This document shows positions 18,086 to 26,263 of a stretch of 64,000 nucleotides of DNA, piece after piece; within the stretch, counting starts at the first letter, position 1, and each line of letters begins with the position of its first letter. The stretch is from the NCBI GenBank assembly GCA_900768185.1, contig CAAGCB010000029.1:204856-268855 (forward strand). Reading direction: 5' to 3'. The notes below the pieces were generated by a model that ran no database searches, was not told where the DNA came from, and was given only the letters and a program-made list of their open reading frames with translations. A program made the translations under genes and the position numbers. The DNA is from Alphaproteobacteria bacterium (GTDB lineage: Bacteria; Pseudomonadota; Alphaproteobacteria; CAAGCB01; CAG-977).

Positions 18086-19831
18086 ATGTCTACGGATAAA
18101 ATTGCTCTGACAGCATCCATGCGTTCCAACCTGCTCAGCCTGAAAAACACGCAGGGCTTGATGGACAAGACCCAAGATCGTTTGTCGACGGGTTACAAAG
18201 TGAACTCGGCGATGGACAATCCTTCGTCCTATTTCACGGCTCAGGCGCTGAATTCGCGCGCCGACGACCTGTCCACGCTGATGGACAGCATCGGTCAGGC
18301 GATTTCGACGTTGGAAGTCGCGGATCAGGGCATCACGTCTTTGCAAAAATTCGTTGAACAGGCGAAATCCGTTGCGAACAGCGCGCGCGATACGGCGAAC
18401 GTGTCGGCGAAAACGAAGTCGTCGATCAAATTCGACCTCGACAACCTGAAATCGCAAATCGTCGCCGAAAAAGCGGTTCCGAACGCGAAAGCGAACGAAA
18501 CCATGACGATCCGCGTCGGCGATTCGACGAAATTGACGGGTACGGTGAACGTGAACGAAGATTCCAAATTGGCTGATTTGGACTTGGAAGTCGCGGACGC
18601 CGGTTCGATCGTCGTTGACGGCAAGGAATACAAGCTGGCGACGAATTCTGCAACGGGTAATTCGATGACGAGCAAGGTCGCCGCCGATTCCGTTATGAAA
18701 ATTGTCGGAATGGACGGAGACACATACACATTGGCTGATGAATCGGGCAATACGATTTCCGTCGCCAAAGCCAATGTCACAGCCGGTACGACCAATCATA
18801 CCACCATCGGTATCGGCGATACGGTGACAAACAAGGCTGACGCTACCGTTACCGTTTCCGAAGACGGAAAGACGACCGCAACGGCGGTGTTCACGTTGAC
18901 GGCTAACGCCGGTACGACAACGGATTATGAAGCGCAATCCTTGACGGGAAAAATTGAAACGACAATCAACGTCGCCAAAGGTTCCACGGTCGCCGATTTT
19001 GCCAAAATCGTTGAAACGATGATCGGTACAAAGGTGTTTGACGCCTCTGTCGAAGAGTCGAATCTGGTCTTTAAAACGCTGGATACCACGTCCATCGAAG
19101 TCAAAGGCGCCATCGCCGAAAAACTGGGCATGGACAAAGGTCAGACCATCACGTTGGAAGACACCGACACGGCTGAATCCCTGCGTCTGAAAATCAACGA
19201 TCTGGACGGCGTTTCCGCCGAATTCGACGACAAGGGACGCTTGGTCATCAAATCCGAACAGGGCGACGATCTGGTGATTTCCGGTGCTCTGGCTGACAAG
19301 CTGGGCGTTTCCGGCGCGGTGACGAACGGTTCGAACGAACGCGCGACCTACGCGAAACAGTTCGACGCCATTCTGACGCAGATCAACGAACTGGTTCAGG
19401 ACACGTCGTACAAAGGCATCAACCTGCTGAACGGCGACAACCTGACCGTCGTGTTCAACGAAGACCGCACCAGCACGCTGGAATTGAAGGGTGTCACCTT
19501 CGACGCCACGGGCTTGGGCTTCACGACCGCAAAGAACGAATGGATCGACAACGACAGCATCGACACCGCTTTGGATCAAATTTCCAAAGCCACGTCTTCG
19601 CTGCGCGCGCAGGCGTCCGAATTCGGTCAGAACCTGTCCACCGTTCAGATCCGTGAAGATTTCACGGAAAACATGGTGAACCAGCTGACGACCGGCGCGG
19701 ACAAGCTGACGCTGGCTGACATGAACGAGGAAGGCGCCAACATGCTGGCGTTGCAGACCCGTCAACAGCTGGGCATCAACTCCCTGTCTTTGGCGTCGCA
19801 GGCGTCGCAGAGCGTGTTGAAACTGTTCTAA
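18086..19831 (+). CDS. Flagellin-like protein, long alphaproteobacterial type: conserved flagellin N/C helical domains with a large T/G/A/V-rich central variable region
   Basis: N-terminus LTASMRSNLLSLKNTQGLMDKTQDRLSTGYKVNSAMDNPSSYFTAQAL and C-terminus ...MLALQTRQQLGINSLSLASQASQSVLKLF resemble the flagellin D0/D1 ends. AAGGAGA RBS. Confidence 0.65.
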   Translation: MSTDKIALTASMRSNLLSLKNTQGLMDKTQDRLSTGYKVNSAMDNPSSYFTAQALNSRADDLSTLMDSIGQAISTLEVADQGITSLQKFVEQAKSVANSARDTANVSAKTKSSIKFDLDNLKSQIVAEKAVPNAKANETMTIRVGDSTKLTGTVNVNEDSKLADLDLEVADAGSIVVDGKEYKLATNSATGNSMTSKVAADSVMKIVGMDGDTYTLADESGNTISVAKANVTAGTTNHTTIGIGDTVTNKADATVTVSEDGKTTATAVFTLTANAGTTTDYEAQSLTGKIETTINVAKGSTVADFAKIVETMIGTKVFDASVEESNLVFKTLDTTSIEVKGAIAEKLGMDKGQTITLEDTDTAESLRLKINDLDGVSAEFDDKGRLVIKSEQGDDLVISGALADKLGVSGAVTNGSNERATYAKQFDAILTQINELVQDTSYKGINLLNGDNLTVVFNEDRTSTLELKGVTFDATGLGFTTAKNEWIDNDSIDTALDQISKATSSLRAQASEFGQNLSTVQIREDFTENMVNQLTTGADKLTLADMNEEGANMLALQTRQQLGINSLSLASQASQSVLKLF

Positions 19832-20007
19832 GAGCATTACGGACAACAAACGGCAAAGGCGGAAGATTTCTTCCGCCTTTGTTGTTTTCCGAAAAAAAAC
19901 GTCCCGCCGCAAACGGCATTGAAAATCGCGATTCCCCTCAGCCCTTCCCCGTCAAAGCCGAAACAATCCGATCCCGATTCGCCGCGTCCGCCGTGACGGA
20001 CGCCGTA

Positions 20008-21093
20008 TCACAGGGATTTGCCCAGCGCGTCGACGTGTTCGATCGAACGGCGGAATCTGTCCGCATCTAAATCATATCCTTCGACATGCCAGCCCGGAAC
20101 TTTCGTCGCTTTGGCAATCAAAGCCGGCATGTCGTCCGGCGTCAATCCGACCTCTGCCAACGTGACGGGCAATCCCGTTTGTTTGTAAAACGCCATTACG
20201 CGGTCGCGCAAATCGTCCTGCCCGTCGTAATCCAACAAAGCCAAAACGCCGAACGCCACCAAAAAACCGTGCAAATATTTGTGCGACGCGGGAAAAATCG
20301 TCGCGCCGTAATAAAAACAATGCGCCAGATTGGTGTTATAGTAAAATTCGGGACAAACCGTCATATTGCTGACCAACCCCGTTGAAATCACGATATCCAG
20401 CGCGACCTCTTGCAACGCCTGCGACGACCGTTTTTCACGGCATGATTCCAACGCTTCCGCCCCGTACTGCAACAACGGTTCGGTACAGGCGGCGCACAAC
20501 GCGCGCCCGACCAGCAAATTTTGATCCGGCTTCACATGACGCAAAGCCAGTTCGACTTCGGCTTCTTTGCTTAACGCGTCGCCGATGCCGGCTTGCAGAT
20601 ATTCGATCGGCGCGCGGGCGATTATTTCATCGTTGATGAACACGCACACGGGCGGACGCGAACTGTAAAAATTGTTTTTAAAACTGCCGTCGGCGTTGTA
20701 CATGATCGCCAACGCCGTACACGGCGCGCAGTTCGACGAAATCGTCGGGAACGTGAACAGCGGCTTGCCCAAATCCTCCGCCAGAACTTTGCAGGCGTCG
20801 CAACATTTGCCGCCGCCCATCGCCAAAATCATGTCGGCGCCCGTCACCGTTTCGTTTTGTTTCAACATGTCCACGTTTTCATAGGTGGAATCGCCGCCGT
20901 ACCAAACGCGTCCGACAACGGAAACCCCGCCCCGTTCCAACGCGCGTTCCAACGTGTCGGCGGCGGCGGTCATCGCCCTTTTTCCGCCGACGATCACCGC
21001 CGTCTTTCCGTATTTTTTCAACAAAGCGGGCGCCTTGTCATACACGTCCGCGCCGATTGCGTAATCGGGCAATGCGACATAACCGCGTTTCAT
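20008..21093 (-). CDS. Iron-containing alcohol dehydrogenase superfamily protein. Glycerol dehydrogenase (GldA)-like, or possibly a glycerol-1-phosphate dehydrogenase-like relative.
   Basis: 361 aa, GGGKCCDACK glycine-rich NAD motif, GDALSK and His-rich metal-site region typical of GldA and DHQS-like dehydrogenases. Confidence 0.7.
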   Translation of the reverse strand: MKRGYVALPDYAIGADVYDKAPALLKKYGKTAVIVGGKRAMTAAADTLERALERGGVSVVGRVWYGGDSTYENVDMLKQNETVTGADMILAMGGGKCCDACKVLAEDLGKPLFTFPTISSNCAPCTALAIMYNADGSFKNNFYSSRPPVCVFINDEIIARAPIEYLQAGIGDALSKEAEVELALRHVKPDQNLLVGRALCAACTEPLLQYGAEALESCREKRSSQALQEVALDIVISTGLVSNMTVCPEFYYNTNLAHCFYYGATIFPASHKYLHGFLVAFGVLALLDYDGQDDLRDRVMAFYKQTGLPVTLAEVGLTPDDMPALIAKATKVPGWHVEGYDLDADRFRRSIEHVDALGKSL

Positions 21094-21113
21094 TTCCGTT
21101 ATCCTTTAAAAAC

Positions 21114-21689
21114 TTAATCCAAATGTTTCAAACCCGTGCGCAGGTAATCGTACCCCGTCATCACGGTCAACGTCGCCGCAACCCAAATCAGCACTTCGCC
21201 GACCTCGCCGAAATAACAGAACCACGGCGAAAAATCAGCGACCATCAGCATCGGAATCGCAAACATCTGTATCCCCGTTTTCCATTTCGCCAGACGCGTC
21301 ACGGGCAACCCGATCCGGATTTCCGCCAAAAACTCGCGCAAGCCGGAAACCAGCACCTCGCGGCATAAAATCACGACGGCGGGCAACAGCCCCGTCGCGC
21401 CCAAACGGTCGAACGCCGCCATCATCAACAGCGTCGCGGCGACCAGCAGCTTGTCCGCGATCGGATCAAACGTGCGCCCCAAACTGGACGTGCTTTTGAA
21501 TTTGCGCGCCAAATAGCCGTCGAAATAGTCAGTCACGGACGCCGCGACAAACAGCGCGCAACCGACCCAAGCGGCAAACACCCCCGGAAAATAGAACGAC
21601 GCGACCACCCCCGGAATGACCAAAATACGCATAAAAGTCAAATAATTGGGCAGTTTCTGCATAAAAGTTGTCTTTTTGTTTTCTGTCAT
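21114..21689 (-). CDS. pgsA: CDP-alcohol phosphatidyltransferase (PgsA-like CDP-diacylglycerol-glycerol-3-phosphate 3-phosphatidyltransferase)
   Basis: DYFDGYLARKF...GRTFDPIADKLLV is the CDP-OH_P_transf signature D-G-x2-A-R-x8-G-x3-D-x3-D, about 190 aa membrane protein. Confidence 0.75.
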   Translation of the reverse strand: MTENKKTTFMQKLPNYLTFMRILVIPGVVASFYFPGVFAAWVGCALFVAASVTDYFDGYLARKFKSTSSLGRTFDPIADKLLVAATLLMMAAFDRLGATGLLPAVVILCREVLVSGLREFLAEIRIGLPVTRLAKWKTGIQMFAIPMLMVADFSPWFCYFGEVGEVLIWVAATLTVMTGYDYLRTGLKHLD

Positions 21690-21759
21690 CGATTCAGTCC
21701 GATAGTCAAAAGTCTGCGTTACTATATATCAATTCGACGCGCGCCGCCAGAGCGCAAAT

Positions 21760-22182
21760 TCATTTTTTTGCACGTTCCGTCCATAACCGCACCGCCGCGG
21801 ACAACGACACGTCGGCGGGCGGCATCGGGTACGCGTCGGACAAACCGACGGTCGCCGCATCGACGAATTCCAACTTTTGCCCTTCCGCGCCGACGGGGGT
21901 TCCGCCCCATTCGCGGCAGACGAACAAAGGCATCGCAAGGTGGAAACCGTCGTAATCATAGGACGCGAACGACAGCGGTTCCAACGTCCGGACATCAATG
22001 TCCAGTTGCAGTTCTTCGTTCAATTCGCGGTGCAACGCCCGTTCCGGCGTTTCCCCCTGTTCGATTTTACCGCCGGGGTATTCCCACATGCCCGCCAGAC
22101 TTTTCCCCGCGGGACGTTGAGAAAGCAACACTTTGAAATCGGGGGTGATCAAAGCTCCGGCGACGACCCACAGCACTTTCAT
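21760..22182 (-). CDS. mutT: Nudix hydrolase, MutT-like (8-oxo-dGTP diphosphatase family)
   Basis: Nudix box GGKIEQGETPERALHRELNEELQL, about 140 aa. Confidence 0.75.
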   Translation of the reverse strand: MKVLWVVAGALITPDFKVLLSQRPAGKSLAGMWEYPGGKIEQGETPERALHRELNEELQLDIDVRTLEPLSFASYDYDGFHLAMPLFVCREWGGTPVGAEGQKLEFVDAATVGLSDAYPMPPADVSLSAAVRLWTERAKK

Positions 22183-23717
22183 TTCATTTTTCCTTTCGGC
22201 AGCCAGACGGACATCGGATTTTCCAAATCCCCGCTGTTTAAATCAACAACGCGGAAACGGTAGATCTTTACCGTCGGCGACCAGTAATTCGCGGGCAACC
22301 CCGCCTTTTGTTTCAAATGCGCCAAAAATTCCTTCGGCGACGGGAAAGTCCCCCAGATTTGCGGCAAGAACAACGCCTTGTTAGACCGTTCGCGGAAAAT
22401 CACGCCGTCCTGTTGCGGGTCAAGCTTTGTCAGCAAATCGTCTTCGCCGTCGAAACGGATCTGAACGGGATCGGTCAAAACGGAAATGGACAATTCGGCG
22501 GTTTTGATTTCGTCTTCGGTCAGCGGAACAAACCGGAAATCCGAAAAAACGGCGTTGTAAGCGTTTTCCGACACATCGTCCAGCAAAGACCGCGACGGTT
22601 CGCCCGACCCCGCCCCGCCGCGCAACGCGCCGTTATGATAGATATTGACAAAGGTTGCCGTTTTGCGCGCAAATTCCTCCGGATAGCGGGATTCCGACAC
22701 GCGCAGGGGACGCCCGCGTTCAAACCCCGAAACGATCGACTGCGCCGCGACGCGTAACAACGCTTCCTGATGTTCGCGCAGAACCGCCTCGATATGTTCC
22801 AAATCCTCGCGCGTCCCGTCGTCGTTTTCATACACGCCGAACGCGCCGTAGCCTAAGGTTTCGTCGGTTCTCACGTCGCCCGCGCCCGACGTCGCCAGCG
22901 AATCGATCAGTCTGACCGTCGATCCGTTTTCCGCCGCGTAAGCCAGCATGCCCGCAACGGGCAGGGACGCGCAGAAATGGCGTTTTTTAATCCTGCCGTA
23001 TTCCTTGTTTTCAGCCATTCTGACCGCTTCGCGCACCGTCTTTTCGACTTTGTCCGCGTCTTTGCCCGACGCCATGTCCGACGATACGACAACGACGGTT
23101 TCCAATCCGCCCCAAACCGCGTCAATCAAATCGGCGACCTGTTCGATACTGGCGTCTTCGACCAAAACGGGAACGATTTCAACGTCCTTGGAAAACACGG
23201 CTGACACGAACGGCAACTGGGATTCCAGCGACGATTCGGCTTCATGAGCGGCTCCGTCATAGTCGATCCCCTGAATTTTCAAAAGCTTTTCATTCATTTC
23301 GCGGTCGACTTTGAACCGACGGTCGGGCATTTCCCAATACAGCGCGTCAGACAGCGATATGCCGTAATACTTGCCCCGATGCGACGACCCGATCAAAACG
23401 ACGCGCTTTACAAAAGGTTTCAGCCGCCGCAACGCCGCGTATCCCGCCGCCGTAACGTCCCCCGCGAAAATCTGCGCGCCGTGCGGAACGATGACGGCTT
23501 TGGGGATTTCGTCCGCGGGCAGGCGCAAACGCCCGTCCGCCGCATCAATCAAATCGGTCGCTTTTTTCACCAGATCCGCCCCGTTTCGGGGATAAAGCGT
23601 CCCCGCCGCGACGGGATATCTGATTTTATGCGCTCCGCCCTCCGACGCCGGCGCGGGTGCGACGATCGCGAAAAAAACAAAACAACAAAACGGTATCAAA
23701 AGGTCTTTCGGTTTCAC
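22179..23717 (-). CDS. Fusion protein: Memo/AmmeMemoRadiSam-system-protein-B-like N-terminal domain plus AMMECR1-like C-terminal domain, with an N-terminal signal-peptide-like segment
   Basis: Memo-like motifs AGTLYP, VIVPHGAQIFAG, VVVSSDMASG. C-terminal AMMECR1-like ...FVNIYHNGALRGGAG..., with the usual LRGCIG Cys replaced by Gly. Stop overlaps the mutT start (4 nt). Confidence 0.55.
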   Translation of the reverse strand: MKPKDLLIPFCCFVFFAIVAPAPASEGGAHKIRYPVAAGTLYPRNGADLVKKATDLIDAADGRLRLPADEIPKAVIVPHGAQIFAGDVTAAGYAALRRLKPFVKRVVLIGSSHRGKYYGISLSDALYWEMPDRRFKVDREMNEKLLKIQGIDYDGAAHEAESSLESQLPFVSAVFSKDVEIVPVLVEDASIEQVADLIDAVWGGLETVVVVSSDMASGKDADKVEKTVREAVRMAENKEYGRIKKRHFCASLPVAGMLAYAAENGSTVRLIDSLATSGAGDVRTDETLGYGAFGVYENDDGTREDLEHIEAVLREHQEALLRVAAQSIVSGFERGRPLRVSESRYPEEFARKTATFVNIYHNGALRGGAGSGEPSRSLLDDVSENAYNAVFSDFRFVPLTEDEIKTAELSISVLTDPVQIRFDGEDDLLTKLDPQQDGVIFRERSNKALFLPQIWGTFPSPKEFLAHLKQKAGLPANYWSPTVKIYRFRVVDLNSGDLENPMSVWLPKGKMK

Positions 23718-24586
23718 GGCGCATCAATCCTTTTCAAACAATCCGTCAGCGAATCGAACAACCCGTTCATCAAAGCATCATAGAAACCGACGCCCGCCGG
23801 AACGCCCGCCCCCATCGGATCCAGCACGCCCGTTTCGACATTCAGCCCCCGCGCGGCGGTCGTTATCGCCTTGTCGGAAAACTGCGGTTCGGAAAACAGG
23901 CATACTTTTCCGGCGGCTTTGATTTTATCGCGCAGTTCCGACAGCGCCCGCGCCCCCGAAGCGTGATGCGCGTCGATATGAAGCGCGCCCAAAGACGAAA
24001 CGCCGAACGCCCGTTCGAAATAGCCGAAAGCGTCGTGAAACGTGACAAACGGCTTGTTTTTATACGGCGCGAGTTTTTTTTCGCCTTTTTTCAGCAAAGC
24101 CCGTAATCCTTCGGCGACCTGGGCGGCGTTTTTGGCGTAAAGCGTTTTATTGTCCGGATCGATCCGTCCCAGATTTTCCGCCGCGATTTCGGCGACGACC
24201 GCCATATTCGACGGCATCAGCCAAAAATGCCCGTCCGTTTCCGTTCCGCCCGCGACGGGCAGGACGGTCAGCCTTTTGTCCGACAGGACGGCGACGCTTT
24301 TGCCTTCGACCCCCGCGGCTTCCAGCGATTTGGGCAAAAAAGACTCCAGCGCGGCGCCGCCCCAAATCACCAGATCGGCGTTCGCCAGCTTGCGCATATC
24401 GGACGGTTTTAACGCGTAATCGTGCGGCGAAACGGCGGGATTCAGCAACAGTTCGGGCTTGCCGCCCCCCGCCATGACCGCCGAAACGATCGAATGAACG
24501 GGGGCGATTGACGCGACGACGGCGGGCGCGGCGCGGCATGTTCCCGAAAACAGCAGAACTGACAAAAAAACAGTCTTGACCAACAT
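23714..24586 (-). CDS. znuA: Zinc ABC transporter periplasmic substrate-binding protein ZnuA
   Basis: Signal peptide. ZnuA/TroA fold motifs (SIAPVHSIVSAV..., HDYALKPSD, ...DPHxW-like HASGARAL). Divergent from znuCB. Confidence 0.8.
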   Translation of the reverse strand: MLVKTVFLSVLLFSGTCRAAPAVVASIAPVHSIVSAVMAGGGKPELLLNPAVSPHDYALKPSDMRKLANADLVIWGGAALESFLPKSLEAAGVEGKSVAVLSDKRLTVLPVAGGTETDGHFWLMPSNMAVVAEIAAENLGRIDPDNKTLYAKNAAQVAEGLRALLKKGEKKLAPYKNKPFVTFHDAFGYFERAFGVSSLGALHIDAHHASGARALSELRDKIKAAGKVCLFSEPQFSDKAITTAARGLNVETGVLDPMGAGVPAGVGFYDALMNGLFDSLTDCLKRIDAP

Positions 24587-24596
24587 GAAAAAGTGT

Positions 24597-24614
24597 CCTT
24601 TAAGTCGTTAAAGG
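24597..24614. promoter_or_regulatory. Perfect inverted repeat CCTTTAA-N4-TTAAAGG in the znuA/znuC divergent intergenic region. Candidate Zur-type operator.
   Basis: Read directly. Sits 11 bp upstream of the znuA start codon and 45 bp upstream of the znuC ATG. Confidence 0.4.
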
Positions 24615-24658
24615 TATTACGCTTCGGCGCAAAAAACAAGTTTTAAGACGGAAACGCA

Positions 24659-25411
24659 ATGACGCGCGAAAAAAAGAACGATAAAATCGTCGAATTAAAG
24701 GATATCTGCCTGACCTTTGACGGCGCGGCGGTTTTGGAACATATCGGCTTCAGCGTCGCGGCGGGGCAAATCGTAACGCTGATCGGTCCGAACGGCGCGG
24801 GAAAAACAACCTTGCTGAAAACGGTCTTGGGCATCGTCAAGCCCGATTCGGGGTCGGTCTGGCGCAAAGAAGGACTGAAAATCGGCTATGTGCCGCAAAA
24901 GATCAATCTGCCCCGCAGTATTCCGCTGACCGTTGAACGGTTTTTACGGCTGGACGGCGACTATCCCGACCGGAAATTGCGCGAAGTTCTGGAAATGACG
25001 GGCATAGCGCGGCTGACCGGACGCAGCGTCCACCCGTTGTCGGGCGGGGAAACGCAACGGCTCTTGCTGGCGCGCACTTTGCTGAAAGATCCCGACCTGC
25101 TGGTGCTGGACGAACCCGCCCAAGGACTGGATCCCGTCGGCGAAGAACGGTTCTACGCCCTGCTGGAAACCCTGAACCGCGACAGAAATTGCGCGATTTT
25201 AATGGTGTCGCACGACTTGCACGTCGTTATGGCGAAAACCCACCGCGTGCTGTGCGTCAACCGCCATATCTGTTGCAGCGGTTCGCCCGAAGAAATCGCC
25301 GATCGCCCCGAATATCTGCAACTGTACGGCGAACACCCGACGCTGGCGATCTATCGACACCATCACAATCACAAACATCTGCCCGACGGGAGCATCGAAT
25401 ATGTGGACTGA
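24659..25411 (+). CDS. znuC: Zinc ABC transporter ATP-binding protein ZnuC
   Basis: Walker A GPNGAGKTTLL, ABC signature LSGGETQRLLLA, Walker B LLVLDEP, H-loop. Confidence 0.85.
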   Translation: MTREKKNDKIVELKDICLTFDGAAVLEHIGFSVAAGQIVTLIGPNGAGKTTLLKTVLGIVKPDSGSVWRKEGLKIGYVPQKINLPRSIPLTVERFLRLDGDYPDRKLREVLEMTGIARLTGRSVHPLSGGETQRLLLARTLLKDPDLLVLDEPAQGLDPVGEERFYALLETLNRDRNCAILMVSHDLHVVMAKTHRVLCVNRHICCSGSPEEIADRPEYLQLYGEHPTLAIYRHHHNHKHLPDGSIEYVD

Positions 25412-26204
25412 ACCTTTCGTCTGGCGGGGATTGGTCGCCGCCGCCGTCATGGCTGTTCTGGCAAGCCCGATCGGGTGTTTGATGATTTGGCGGCGCACCG
25501 CTTATTTCAGCGACGCGCTGTCCCATTCCGCGCTGACGGGCGTTTTGCTGGGACTGACGCTGGGCATCGGACAAAACGCGGGCGTCGCGCTGGTTGTCTG
25601 TCTGACCGCGGGCGTTGTGGCGCGATTGTCGGACAAATGCGTCACGGGCGTTGATATTCTGCTGATCATCATCGGGCAAACCGCCTTGTGCGCGGGCATC
25701 GTCGGACTGTCCTATCTGCCGCGGGTACGCACCGATCTGACGGCGTACCTGTTCGGCGATATTTTATCGGTGACGGACGAAGATCTGATTTTCATCGCCT
25801 GCGCCGGAACGATCTGCGCCGTCTTGCTGGCTTTAAACTGGAAAAAGCAAATCTTTGCCGCCGTCATGCCCGATGTCGCGCAAAGCGAAAACGTGTCGAC
25901 GTCAGGACAATCCGCCGTTTTTATGACGCTGACCGCGCTGTTCGTGTCGTTGGCGATGAAAACGACGGGATTGCTGCTGGTGTCCGCTTTGCTGATCATT
26001 CCGCCCGCCGCCGCCCGATTTTTTGCGAAATCCCCCGAACAAATGGCTTTTTTGGGCGGTTTAATCGGCGTGTTTTGCGTCGTTTCGGGGTTGGCGGCGT
26101 CCGTGTGGTTCGACGCCCCCGCCGCCCCCGCGACCGAAATCATCGCGGCGATTTTGTTCGTCTGCGCCGTTTTGTCGCGGCACGGTAACAAAACAATCAT
26201 CTAA
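25401..26204 (+). CDS. znuB: Zinc ABC transporter permease ZnuB
   Basis: Polytopic membrane protein, ABC-3 family pattern. Overlaps the znuC stop. Confidence 0.85.
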   Translation: MWTEPFVWRGLVAAAVMAVLASPIGCLMIWRRTAYFSDALSHSALTGVLLGLTLGIGQNAGVALVVCLTAGVVARLSDKCVTGVDILLIIIGQTALCAGIVGLSYLPRVRTDLTAYLFGDILSVTDEDLIFIACAGTICAVLLALNWKKQIFAAVMPDVAQSENVSTSGQSAVFMTLTALFVSLAMKTTGLLLVSALLIIPPAAARFFAKSPEQMAFLGGLIGVFCVVSGLAASVWFDAPAAPATEIIAAILFVCAVLSRHGNKTII

Positions 26205-26263
26205 ACCCGCTTGCCAAAACGACGGAAAATGTATTATAAAAGAGCGTTAAATGGGATAAAAAT

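Noticed and set aside
18062-19912. 616-aa ORF on the minus strand antisense to the flagellin-like gene. Similar long antisense ORFs lie opposite addB/addA, the 2-hydroxyacid dehydrogenase (16791-17780), the PilT-like gene (26234-27178), GT4 (29208-30281), aas (33319-34713), obg (46229-47503), kefB (54241-55590) and ccmF (57717-58799).
   Set aside because: These are high-GC frame artefacts. Their translations are R/G/Q/D-rich low-complexity strings with no motifs. Each lies entirely inside a well-supported gene on the other strand that has RBS, recognisable motifs and synteny.
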